Shown: positions 28,601 to 36,398 of the stretch, in pieces
Numbering within the stretch: the stretch's first letter is position 1
Layout of the letters: every line of letters starts with the position of its first letter
Origin: Deltaproteobacteria bacterium
GTDB lineage: Bacteria; Myxococcota; XYA12-FULL-58-9; JABJBS01
Length of the DNA stretch: 64,000 nt
Direction of reading: 5' to 3'
NCBI GenBank assembly: GCA_018668695.1
Contig: JABJBS010000383.1
Span: forward strand, 16,753 to 80,752
The notes under the pieces: generated by a model
Database searches by the model: none
What the model was told of the DNA's origin: nothing
Seen by the model: the letters and a program-made list of their open reading frames with translations, nothing else
Translations under genes and position numbers: made by a program

Positions 28601-30418
28601 GTACTTGTGGATATGACTGCGATCAGCGGTAACAATTCTCGGCTGACGGTGGATGCTGGGTCGCAGAGCTGCCCCACGCCCTCTTCGAGCCAAAGCTTGC
28701 AGGGCGTTTACGCAAGTGGCTGCCCGCTGGCTCAATACAAGTTTAACCTTGAAGCAGCGAAGGATAAGTTCTTCGTCTTTATGCGTGTTCGAAATACAGA
28801 AGATACCGGCGCCAACTTGCTTTGGTATTCCATTAATAACGATGAATCTTATGCTCGCGTGGATGAAACAATTAAAGTGACTGCTGGAAGTGGCACCGAC
28901 TGGAAGTGGGTCAAAAGTTTGGTTCAACCGGTATTGGGATCAGGGAATCACGATTTAACGATCTGGAGCCTGAGCGACAAGCTAGAGGTTGAACAGATTG
29001 TCATTACGACCAAGGACTTAAATATAGGTAGCTTGGAAGCGGCAAACCTTTCCTCAGAGTGTTTGGAGATTTGCCAGCCTCAAGTTTGTCAGACAGTGAC
29101 GAAAGTTGTTGCAGACCCGACGAATATGGAATGGCCCGAATGCGGAGTTGGTAAGGAGTTGAAGTGTTGCAGTTATGCTTCAAACTCAAGCACCTATCTT
29201 GAGGGCGGAAGTTTTTGTCGGCCGGTGGCAGAAGACTGTGCAAGCTCTGTTCCGGATGCGGCCATGGGTGAAACGTGGAGTGAACCCGCGATTGGCCGAG
29301 TGCTATTAAACAACAAGGCAGAATGGGTTGTGTTCTTTGCCAGCGGTTACAGCAATCTTAAAAACAGCAATGTTGGCCGTACCGTTTACGCACTGGATGC
29401 TTACACGGGCGAAAAGTTAAAAGACTGGACTCTTAAAGAAGAGGCGCCTGCTCTTGGTGAGGGCTCGGCTGAGATTCCAACGATCAATATTGAAAACGCT
29501 TTGACGGCCTCACCGATGCTTGTGGATCTGAGTACTGAGGACAAGCCTGGTTATGGCTATGTGGACCGGCTTTATATTGGCGATCTAGAGGGCAGGGTTT
29601 GGAAGATTGTGATGGACGTGAACAGCCGTGGCAATATCGATCAATGGAAGCGCTGCGTATTCTTCGATGCCGGTGATTATGATGGAGATGGTCTGCGTAA
29701 CTGGGCACCGATTATCACTCGGCCGCAAGTTGCGATGATTGAAACAGGGCAACCCAACGTTTTCTTTGGTACCGGTGGAGACGATAGAGCACCCAATGAT
29801 GTGCGCTACCGGTTTTACGCGGTTCAAGATGAAGAGCCTCCTGGGGTTTGCGCTGCAGAAACAGATCTTTCGAAAGCCAAGAACGCAACAGATATGCGTT
29901 TCGGCAACACGGGCAACTTCGAATGGGTCATGGGCGATGGCTTTAAAAACTCCGAGTGGCCACTTCAGCCCGTGACGAATGCAAGTGAAGAAGGCGACAG
30001 CGGAGACCGGTACTGGTCAGATCCTCTTATCGTTGACAATGAACTGATTTACTTTGCCTCTTTGGCGGGCAAGATCGAGTCTGTGGATCCAACGGTTAAT
30101 ATCGCGGGCGGTGATTCAAAGATATACTGCGTGGCGATTCGAAACTCTTCGGAGCTTAACCTCAAAGCCGGTGAGTCTTGTTGGACATCCGGTTCTGTGT
30201 TTGAGCGTGAGTCGGTGAAGATTAGAAAAGCGATGATGGTTCAAGGTATTGCCCAGGAAGCATGGGCCCGAGATGCTTTGCCGCAAGGCACGGATGAGGC
30301 GAATATTTTTTATCAGCGCTTTTCTGAGTCTGAAACTCCTCCGCCAACACTTGTTCACCAAGGAACTGGCCGCGCAGGGTTGATTAAAATTCTACGCTGG
30401 CGTGAGGTACCGTTATGA
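25616..30418 (+). CDS. pilY1: PilY1/PilC-like type IV pilus tip-associated adhesin (1600 aa)
   Basis: Signal peptide. N-terminal FG-GAP-like Ca-binding repeats (FAGDFDSDGWTDVLYL, DMDNDGRSDLVLAS, TVADFSGDGQKDIIIGS, LDLDHDEDGYLDFMMG). C-terminal PilY1-type beta-propeller blades (VVYIGSNGGGLHAFDADTGHEKWMFIPN; RLYIGDLEGRVWKI; LIYFASLAGKI). Operon position is between pilX and a fimT-like gene. Confidence 0.75.
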   Translation: MKYFIHLGLLLVLVGTGATVWADAEAILLAPRTFSEYFTDDLLEDTTEAGNGEPCSELGCARSYGWGKGYVTHARVGFAVREGNYTRMPQARPPAPAPLPPSIKPTQVVAGHFRTNSNGGTPQVPQDVIALTASSGGCHLHYMMNKGPDDSGENHLGWNVGVLVPSNTWTTGHFVSGQANGADNWWLDVDGQTGGGDGINDPGADCQADENNDLSADNQYGTALFAGDFDSDGWTDVLYLRAADRNRAGFLDLAYMFWNTGVLNAQGVPVFQRAKLASNTPLYEKGVAWHFSSDIGEVVDMDNDGRSDLVLASSSGSSHRIIVFRQQGSPNRSDPFRNGEVVIVDQAIGPAADSNNPARTNFGCLANDGPTRGITALTVADFSGDGQKDIIIGSMSEQYMFYYFKTGPANTAYESTTILNPRGGVTGLHKGNWNLEGGEDILLTRSGKGCYGDLYPEANLWLLENQEADLERARFNFDYDAPLASMSNHIHYATPLDLDHDEDGYLDFMMGTNQTWGSYYYYVHNIWKGLYNADAVIMSKRMDNLNSREEAIVRATFSGVIAEDYDDTTMDVEFYLSNNGQDWDLLPLDELPPSVGGTGPNPHIFTTFGTDLRWAIVSKAQAVATVGDAENAALNQTDKVAKVVPKFSGIQIAVNGIGAEYYSRSGLSQKLGTDERIIYSASFRYPGNEGFLRAYDLTDVGVGQAQSGVNPGPNPHLSLMWEAGALLKDRASTSRRILTYEVNDSGDVGSLVELSEGTPDLANMLGFTENDDAVSLFQFVRDGLDHPDGWKFYDVGHSSPVYVGAPTGPAEYGAYSVNNYEAFQEAEVSRNGVVYIGSNGGGLHAFDADTGHEKWMFIPNNLLSKLKDLRDDSNNYRADYIMDGPIVIQDVYQESLGKWRTVLLAGQAKGVGGDGFNYYFALDITDPGTDPIPLWEYSDTTDNEGDVCSGNPQYETEECQPGACDDGCSQDGRVYAQQDSETYGEMVVLDAAYADVLVDMTAISGNNSRLTVDAGSQSCPTPSSSQSLQGVYASGCPLAQYKFNLEAAKDKFFVFMRVRNTEDTGANLLWYSINNDESYARVDETIKVTAGSGTDWKWVKSLVQPVLGSGNHDLTIWSLSDKLEVEQIVITTKDLNIGSLEAANLSSECLEICQPQVCQTVTKVVADPTNMEWPECGVGKELKCCSYASNSSTYLEGGSFCRPVAEDCASSVPDAAMGETWSEPAIGRVLLNNKAEWVVFFASGYSNLKNSNVGRTVYALDAYTGEKLKDWTLKEEAPALGEGSAEIPTINIENALTASPMLVDLSTEDKPGYGYVDRLYIGDLEGRVWKIVMDVNSRGNIDQWKRCVFFDAGDYDGDGLRNWAPIITRPQVAMIETGQPNVFFGTGGDDRAPNDVRYRFYAVQDEEPPGVCAAETDLSKAKNATDMRFGNTGNFEWVMGDGFKNSEWPLQPVTNASEEGDSGDRYWSDPLIVDNELIYFASLAGKIESVDPTVNIAGGDSKIYCVAIRNSSELNLKAGESCWTSGSVFERESVKIRKAMMVQGIAQEAWARDALPQGTDEANIFYQRFSESETPPPTLVHQGTGRAGLIKILRWREVPL

Positions 30419-30936
30419 GCCGAGGGATGCGAAGGGCAGAGCGAGGTTTTACGCTCACTGAGTTGATGGTCATCGTGGGTATCATTGGTATCTTGGCAAC
30501 TATCTCGGCTGGTGATTTTCGCAAATGGCTACGGAGTCAAAAACTTAATGAGCTTACGCGAGAAGTGTTTCATACCTTGGTGGTGGCCCGCAGTAAGGCT
30601 GTTAAAAATGGTGTGACTGTAACCGTTACGTTTAGCAACGCTGGGCTTTTGGCGTTTGTTGATTACGACGAAGACGGCGTGTTCACGAGAAATTCAGATT
30701 CGATAATCTATCAGGGTAAAGTTGGCGATCGACAGCTTTCAACGCGCGCCAATACCGTGGTGGAGGTGACCGATGCTCCCGCCAAAGTGCTCTTCAATGG
30801 GCAAGGTTACAGTGTAAACGACGACGGCGAACCGAGGCCGGCTCGGGTCCGCATTTTCGACACCCATCCGACAGTGGCCAGTGATAACATCCACTTTTTG
30901 GGTATTACTTATCCGGGCGCCGTACGTATCGAATAA
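30415..30936 (+). CDS. FimT/GspH-like type IV minor pilin (pseudopilin)
   Basis: MSRGMRRAERG|FTLTELMVIVGIIGILATI prepilin motif. About 170 aa, as for FimT/GspH-family proteins. Confidence 0.65.
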   Translation: MSRGMRRAERGFTLTELMVIVGIIGILATISAGDFRKWLRSQKLNELTREVFHTLVVARSKAVKNGVTVTVTFSNAGLLAFVDYDEDGVFTRNSDSIIYQGKVGDRQLSTRANTVVEVTDAPAKVLFNGQGYSVNDDGEPRPARVRIFDTHPTVASDNIHFLGITYPGAVRIE

Positions 30937-31038
30937 ACGCCTTTTCCCACCAAATCTTCTAAGCCTTTGATAATAAAAGTAAATGATGCTTTGCGGCAAT
31001 TGGATCTGACGTGGGGGCCATGTTAATGTGACCCGGTT

Positions 31039-31527
31039 ATGGCCAATGATAGTGTTGAAGCAACGTTTGCTGCCCTTGTGGAGTTTGTCGCTAATTCGTT
31101 TATGCGCGGAGACATTACCGTCTCGGATCTGCTGGGCCTCGATGATGAGGAAATCGAAACGGTTTTTCTCATGGGCCACTATCTCTACAACTTCGGTAAG
31201 TATCAGCCATCCTTAAATGTTTTCAGTGTTTTAACGCTTTATAAGCCGTTTGTGAGCCGTTACTGGCGAGCTGCGGGTGCGGCGAACCAAGCTCTGAAAA
31301 ACTATAAGGAAGCCATTGCGGCTTACGACATGGCACTGACGACGAACACGGGGGATGTCATCAGCTACACCTACCGAGGTGAGTCTAAAATCAGTGCAGG
31401 TCTCACGGATGAAGGTCTTGAAGATCTTAAGGTAGCCATCGAGGTGGGCCAGGCCCAGCCTTACTATGCCCAGTGGGTCAATCGTTCGCGTATGCTCTTG
31501 GAAGTGCGCGGAATTGAGGTGGAATGA
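31039..31527 (+). CDS. cytoplasmic three-TPR protein resembling type III secretion class II chaperones (SycD/LcrH/CesD family)
   Basis: No signal peptide. 162 aa. DEEIETVFLMGHYLYNFGKYQPSLNVFSVLTLYKPFVSRYWRAAGAANQALKNYKEAIAAYDMAL...YTYRGESKISAGLTDEGLEDLKVAI aligns position-by-position with SycD (LEQLYSLAFNQYQSGKYEDAHKVFQALCVLDHYDSRFFLGLGACRQAMGQYDLAIHSYSYGA...AAECLLQKGELAEAESGL). Conserved GKY, VF, SR(Y/F), GA, Y..AI..Y and GL positions. Confidence 0.6.
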   Translation: MANDSVEATFAALVEFVANSFMRGDITVSDLLGLDDEEIETVFLMGHYLYNFGKYQPSLNVFSVLTLYKPFVSRYWRAAGAANQALKNYKEAIAAYDMALTTNTGDVISYTYRGESKISAGLTDEGLEDLKVAIEVGQAQPYYAQWVNRSRMLLEVRGIEVE

Positions 31528-31599
31528 TTCTTTTTGGATTTTGCTTTAACCTAAGTGAAGCTTAATCCGGTAGAATGAACACGCGTTAAGGAGTGTGTT

Positions 31600-32313
31600 A
31601 TGGCAGGTCCCGGAGATATTCGCTCAGGCAAAGCAGGCCCAATTCAGGTTCCAGCCACCGAGCAAAAGACCCAAGCTCAAGTTCAGAAAAAAGATGCGAA
31701 GAAGGTAAGCCCCCAAGATGCGGCAAGGCTTGCTCAGCAGGCAGGCTTTCACAAATCGAAGAGAGGCCGCGGAGGGTTCGATGTTGGGGATTCGTCCCAG
31801 GCGCCCATTCCATTGCCAGATGACGAACTCGATCCTGACGCCTGGAGTCAGCAAGGCCTTGATAATGCTCAGCAAACACTCAGCTCGGCCGGACCTCAAT
31901 TGGAGAGTGCCATTGCAGACTTAAAAGATGGTTTGGGTTTGGGAGAGGCTTTTGTCGAAGGGGCATTTATGCCCACTGAAAAAGATTTAGCCCGTTTACA
32001 GGCACTTAAAGAGCGTGAGCCTGAGCCTCAGCCGGATATGAACTCCGTTTCAGAGAGCTTAAAAAATCTTTTTGGGGTGGAGTTTAACGAGGATATGTCA
32101 GTGGCCGAACGTGCCATGGCTGTCGGCTTGATGGTTGCTGGGCAGTCAGAACAGGTCAAAATCGACGCCGGAACGATCAATCGAGAGGAACTTTTGGCTG
32201 GACTGCGAAAAGTCACTGAAAAAGGTAACCAATCAGTGGGCCAAGCGCAAAAGATGAATAAGGGAATTGACCAGCAATTGAACCTGCAGCGAACTTTCGT
32301 TTTTAAACGCTGA
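31600..32313 (+). CDS. hydrophilic low-complexity protein (237 aa), candidate chaperone substrate
   Basis: Strong RBS (taAGGAGtgtgtt ATG). No TM segment or signal peptide. Q/A/K-rich and predicted largely disordered or coiled-coil. Confidence 0.45.
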   Translation: MAGPGDIRSGKAGPIQVPATEQKTQAQVQKKDAKKVSPQDAARLAQQAGFHKSKRGRGGFDVGDSSQAPIPLPDDELDPDAWSQQGLDNAQQTLSSAGPQLESAIADLKDGLGLGEAFVEGAFMPTEKDLARLQALKEREPEPQPDMNSVSESLKNLFGVEFNEDMSVAERAMAVGLMVAGQSEQVKIDAGTINREELLAGLRKVTEKGNQSVGQAQKMNKGIDQQLNLQRTFVFKR

Positions 32314-32393
32314 TGTGAGTTCTTCCCGACGAATCGATGATTTATGGCTCGTAAAGAGCCGATAGTTTTAACTTAAAATTTTTGGAGTCTTCC

Positions 32394-33113
32394 ATGTCTA
32401 TCCCTTCCTCTGGAAACGTGGGTCAAATGCCCCCTGCCGTTTCTTCCGTAGCTACTTCCAAGACCGCTTCTCTTAATGAGCAAATTACCAATGTCCTTGC
32501 GGAGATTATGGCGATTGTTGCTCAAGCTCAGCAGCTTAGTGAATCCGTAAAGGGCCTCAAGGAAGCTAAAAAGTCTTTAAATGCTCAGCGACCCAACCGC
32601 GAGAACTTCGATAAAGACGAAGATTACTCAGCGGCCTTGAGCGCTTGGCAGAGCAATGTGGGTGATTTGCAGGGTCAAATCGATGGCCTCAACGACCAAA
32701 TCGAAAAACTCTTTCAAGATGTGGCGCAGGCGCAGCAAAAGGTTCAAGGGCTAGAAAGTCAAAAAGGCACGGCGGCATCGGAAGATGCTGAAGCGATGCG
32801 CCAAGAGATGGACCGGCTCAAGGATTCGGTCTCTGCACTTGATAAGGCGGCAGACGAAGTTTCTGAGGGAACGAGTGAAAAGAGCTCGTCACGCGCGGGC
32901 CGTAAGCTCGAAATCAAAAAGATTGAGCGCCAAGTTCCAGTTGAAGACGTTAACAACCCGGAGCTTAAGGCAGCGATTCGCACGTTTGCGTTAATGCTCT
33001 CAGATATGGGCGATGCTTCCAGCACCCAGAATATGTACACGGGCGGCGCTAAAACAGCTCCCGCATCAGGCTTACCGATGCCAGGAACTGGCGAACCTAA
33101 AGCAACACGTTAA
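32394..33113 (+). CDS. coiled-coil protein (239 aa) paralogous to the next gene; EspA/translocon-like candidate substrate
   Basis: Starts MSIPSSGNVGQMPP, trimmed from the track's TTG start. Preceded by TTTTTGGAGTCT. Central heptad region (LQGQIDGLNDQIEKLFQDVAQAQQKVQGLESQK). No TM segment. Confidence 0.5.
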   Translation: MSIPSSGNVGQMPPAVSSVATSKTASLNEQITNVLAEIMAIVAQAQQLSESVKGLKEAKKSLNAQRPNRENFDKDEDYSAALSAWQSNVGDLQGQIDGLNDQIEKLFQDVAQAQQKVQGLESQKGTAASEDAEAMRQEMDRLKDSVSALDKAADEVSEGTSEKSSSRAGRKLEIKKIERQVPVEDVNNPELKAAIRTFALMLSDMGDASSTQNMYTGGAKTAPASGLPMPGTGEPKATR

Positions 33114-33122
33114 TACATGACG

Positions 33123-33163
33123 GGTGAAGGCTGACCAACATTCAGCGGCCTTCACCCTTTTGA
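33123..33163 (+). terminator. rho-independent terminator
   Basis: gggtgaaggc-N16-gccttcaccc hairpin followed by TTTTG, 10 nt after the stop of the 239-aa gene. Confidence 0.6.
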
Positions 33164-33203
33164 ATCGATACATTTTAAACACTTATTTTTTTGGAGTCTC
33201 AAC

Positions 33204-34049
33204 ATGACATCACCTATTGGAAATAATCCAGGCCTCAGTATCCCTCAAATCCCAACGGCAGCTCAGCCGGCAGCCACTCCTGCAGCGGCTCAGGCGCAGC
33301 TACCAACAGACGGATTTGAGGCAGGTGGGCAAGCAGCCAACAATGCTGTGAATCAAATTCTTAGTAGCCTCGGGCTCGAGGTTGGAAACAGCACCATTGT
33401 TTCCCAGCTAAGCAGCAGCCAGCTTGGCCAACTCAGTGCAATTGGCGCGAGTATGAACGGTTCTTCTACCAGCGAGTTACAGGGACAGTTTGCAGAATTT
33501 CTTCAGGCAGGCCCAACGATTCATTACCAAGATGTGAACGCGCTGGTTCAGCAAGTGTTGCGCGAAGCTTATACGCAAAACACTGAAGACCTGCGTATGT
33601 ATGCTGAGAAAGTTAAAGACTTTAACAAGCAAAAAGAAATGATTCGTGACCACTTGAGCGATATGCGCAAAGAGCTAACGTCTGCGCGTGAAGGTGCGAT
33701 TTCAAGCGGCGTAACGGGTGATGATGCAATGAGCACACATGGCCTAAGCGGTGATGTTGTAGCTTACGACCCAGCTACCGCCACTGAAGGCAGTGACGCT
33801 CACGCCAAGATGATGATGGGAATGTCTTCTAGCCTTTCAGCTGGCGGCGTCGATACCATCGGTAAGCTCGAGGATGAAATCCAAACTTGGGAAGATAAGT
33901 TAAACAGTGTGGGCGACGATGCTCAGCTTGCAAACGTAGATCTTCAGAACATGCTTCAAAAGCAGCAGCAGACTTTGCAGATGATGAGTAATATCTCGAA
34001 AGCACTGCATGACACAGCAATGGCCATCATTCGTAAGATGGGCGGTTGA
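33204..34049 (+). CDS. coiled-coil protein (281 aa) with an EspA/needle-family-like C-terminal helix; candidate secreted filament/translocon-type substrate
   Basis: N-terminus MTSPIGNNPGLSIP parallels the preceding gene. Same upstream TTTTTGGAGTCT. C-terminal LANVDLQNMLQKQQQTLQMMSNISKALHDTAMAIIRKMGG resembles the conserved C-terminal heptad helix of EspA / T3SS needle / flagellin-type proteins. No TM segment. Confidence 0.5.
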   Translation: MTSPIGNNPGLSIPQIPTAAQPAATPAAAQAQLPTDGFEAGGQAANNAVNQILSSLGLEVGNSTIVSQLSSSQLGQLSAIGASMNGSSTSELQGQFAEFLQAGPTIHYQDVNALVQQVLREAYTQNTEDLRMYAEKVKDFNKQKEMIRDHLSDMRKELTSAREGAISSGVTGDDAMSTHGLSGDVVAYDPATATEGSDAHAKMMMGMSSSLSAGGVDTIGKLEDEIQTWEDKLNSVGDDAQLANVDLQNMLQKQQQTLQMMSNISKALHDTAMAIIRKMGG

Positions 34050-34072
34050 TGTCTAGTATGATAGACTGATTG

Positions 34073-34100
34073 GGCGGGCGCCAAGCCCGCCCTTTTTTTG
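34073..34100 (+). terminator. strong rho-independent terminator
   Basis: GGGCGGGCgccaaGCCCGCCC followed by TTTTTTT, 24 nt after the stop of the 281-aa gene. Confidence 0.8.
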
Positions 34101-34113
34101 AGTTGAGGACGCC

Positions 34114-36387
34114 ATGGCAGTCGAAAAAATCGATATGCAAATTCAAGGCATGATTTCAGATGCGCAGATGCGCACTCAGAAAGATGTCGGAAAAGATGAT
34201 TCGGCGGATGCCGCACGGCGTGCCGCTGAGAAAAAAATAGCGGAACGAAAATCTTCTATGAAGTCGTCCGTGGTGCAAAAGGAAAGCTTCACCAAAGGGC
34301 CGCGACTTCAGCAAAAAATTCAGGATATCTTAGGCGGAAGCGCCGGGCAGGAAGCTGGCGATGCTTTGCAAAGTTGGGGTGACAACTCCAAGCTGCAAGG
34401 GAAGCTGAGCGACGCTCAAAAGCGCATGTTTCAAGAGGCGATGGTCAAAGACCCGCAAAAGGGCGCCAAGAGTGCCCAAGCCATGAATCGGATATCATCT
34501 CAGCCAGCATTTGAGCAGTCTGTGAAAGACTCTCAGCAGCTTGGAACCTTACAGCAATCGATCATTGAAAACCCAAGCCTTGAGAAACCAGCTGCGGAGC
34601 TTTTATCGAAGCGATTTATGACTTCCCCGAAAACCGATGGGGAGACCAAGCAGAGATTTATGCGATTTGGTCTCGACCAGGCGAAAAAGGGCGGTACGGA
34701 TTTCAAGCTCGGAAGCGTTAAGCATGCATCTGATATGCTCAACTCATTGAGCCAAGCTTCGATGCCAAAAGGCGCCCAAAAAGCGGCCATGAACATGGTT
34801 GAGCGCCAGCCAAGTGACACCAACGCAATGAACCAGGTTGATAGCTTCGCAAGCAAAGCAGATGTGCAAAAAATGCCGTCATTTGCCAAGGGCCGCGCCA
34901 CAGAGCTTTTAGCGAAAAGCGGCGGCGATGCTGAAGTAAAACAAGGCTTTGAGAAGCTTGCAGCGGATCCAAAGTTTCAAGCGCAATCTACACAGAACAA
35001 AGGTCGCTTTTTCGCAACGATAGGCAGCGGCAACGCGAATGAATTTCGCGCGCTCACCGATCAGTCATTGATGGCTTTACAGTCGAATTCATTTCCGAAG
35101 CGTGCGGGTAAAGTTGCAAGCTTGCTTACGAAGATGGCAAGCCAGGCTAAGACAGGGGGCGCCAAAAGCGTCGACGCCAATAGCCTCCTTAAAGGTAAGA
35201 CACGTACATCGACCTTGCCTACGCCGCCAAAGCTGACTTCCACAGAAGGCTTGGACGATGATGAAGCGCAAAAGGTTCGCTCTCAAAACCGGGGCCGGAT
35301 CATTCAGTTTTATACGCAAGTTCAACGCTCCTACGAACAAGCTGAAAAGAAGTTAAAGACCGCTCGCTTTATTGAAGACGTTAACAAGCTTCAAAACCTC
35401 AAAGAGGCGCCGCCGCTTGAAGCTTCGGTTTTATCGGCCGAAGAGCAAAAGTTTGTGATGGAGCGCCGAGAGTCGGTGAAGCAAAAGTTAGATCAGGTTA
35501 AGAAGTTCCAGCGTCAACGCGCCCGTGAACTGCGTGGGAAGCGGATGCCTCCGGCCCGTCGCCGTGCAAAAACAGCGGCAGCGCGCACCCGGGGCCGTCA
35601 GCCGAAGTACTTTTCTCCGGCATCGTCGCGGGCAACCACTGCAACTCAAGCTTTTCTGCAGGCAACCGGCACCGATGGTCGCCCAGGTTTGGCATCCACG
35701 CCTCAGCAAGGTTTACGACAAGCTGCCCAGGCTCAAACTTCACAAGGTGCCGGCGGTGATATTCAATCTCAAGTCGCAAGTGCTTTAGCTCAAATGGGCG
35801 GAGGACCGATGACGGCCGATAAGGCTGGGAAGGTCGCTCAAACCATCGCAAATCAGGTCGCCTCAGAGGTGGCAACTCAAGTGGCCCAGCAATTAATGGG
35901 AGGCCAGGCGCAAGGTGCAAAGCCATCTGCTCAGGGTCAAAAACCAGCAGCTCAAGGCCAAGTCGACGGTTGGGGAATCCCGCGAACGTTTGAGCGCGAT
36001 TTAGGCGCGGCATCAACTCGGCCCGTTAAAGAGCGTGCGGCTGTGGATACACCAGAGAGTGCACCCGGTATGAACGAGGCCCTAACCGAACGTTACACGG
36101 GCCGAACACTGGTCAAAGACCCATCACAAATTCGTATGTTGGTGGCTATTTTTCAGTCGAACTGGAAAGAGCTTAGCCGTGCAGAATCGGCATTGCTTCG
36201 AAACTTAGGTTGGACTCAGCAGCTTTGGGACACCCGGGAAACACCAGCGGCCAAGTGGCCTGTCGCGATGGCCACAGCGTTTGTAAATTTGAATCCAACC
36301 CAGCGCGAGGCTGTTCGCAGCCTCGGGATGAGTGCCCATGATTGGGATACGAAAATCCAGGGATTTACGATGGGTAAAAACGCCTAA
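34114..36387 (+). CDS. large (757 aa) K/Q/A-rich, predicted intrinsically disordered protein
   Basis: No TM segment or signal peptide. Recurrent KxxQK / AQ-rich segments. Strongly basic patch RELRGKRMPPARRRAKTAAARTRGRQPKYF. Only the C-terminal ~100 aa look globular (W-rich: WKELSRAESALLRNLGWTQQLWDTRETPAAKW). Confidence 0.5.
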   Translation: MAVEKIDMQIQGMISDAQMRTQKDVGKDDSADAARRAAEKKIAERKSSMKSSVVQKESFTKGPRLQQKIQDILGGSAGQEAGDALQSWGDNSKLQGKLSDAQKRMFQEAMVKDPQKGAKSAQAMNRISSQPAFEQSVKDSQQLGTLQQSIIENPSLEKPAAELLSKRFMTSPKTDGETKQRFMRFGLDQAKKGGTDFKLGSVKHASDMLNSLSQASMPKGAQKAAMNMVERQPSDTNAMNQVDSFASKADVQKMPSFAKGRATELLAKSGGDAEVKQGFEKLAADPKFQAQSTQNKGRFFATIGSGNANEFRALTDQSLMALQSNSFPKRAGKVASLLTKMASQAKTGGAKSVDANSLLKGKTRTSTLPTPPKLTSTEGLDDDEAQKVRSQNRGRIIQFYTQVQRSYEQAEKKLKTARFIEDVNKLQNLKEAPPLEASVLSAEEQKFVMERRESVKQKLDQVKKFQRQRARELRGKRMPPARRRAKTAAARTRGRQPKYFSPASSRATTATQAFLQATGTDGRPGLASTPQQGLRQAAQAQTSQGAGGDIQSQVASALAQMGGGPMTADKAGKVAQTIANQVASEVATQVAQQLMGGQAQGAKPSAQGQKPAAQGQVDGWGIPRTFERDLGAASTRPVKERAAVDTPESAPGMNEALTERYTGRTLVKDPSQIRMLVAIFQSNWKELSRAESALLRNLGWTQQLWDTRETPAAKWPVAMATAFVNLNPTQREAVRSLGMSAHDWDTKIQGFTMGKNA

Positions 36388-36398
36388 GAGCTGCCGGC

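Noticed and set aside
31593-31924. Overlapping ORFs on both strands (31593-31823 plus, 31598-31879 minus, 31624-31899 minus, 31718-31924 plus)
   Set aside because: All lie within the 31600-32313 gene, which has a strong AGGAG RBS, and none has an independent translation signal.
35498-36016. 172-aa minus-strand ORF inside the 757-aa gene
   Set aside because: It is antisense to the long plus-strand ORF and its translation is Pro/Arg-rich as expected from reverse-complemented Lys/Ala-rich coding sequence.
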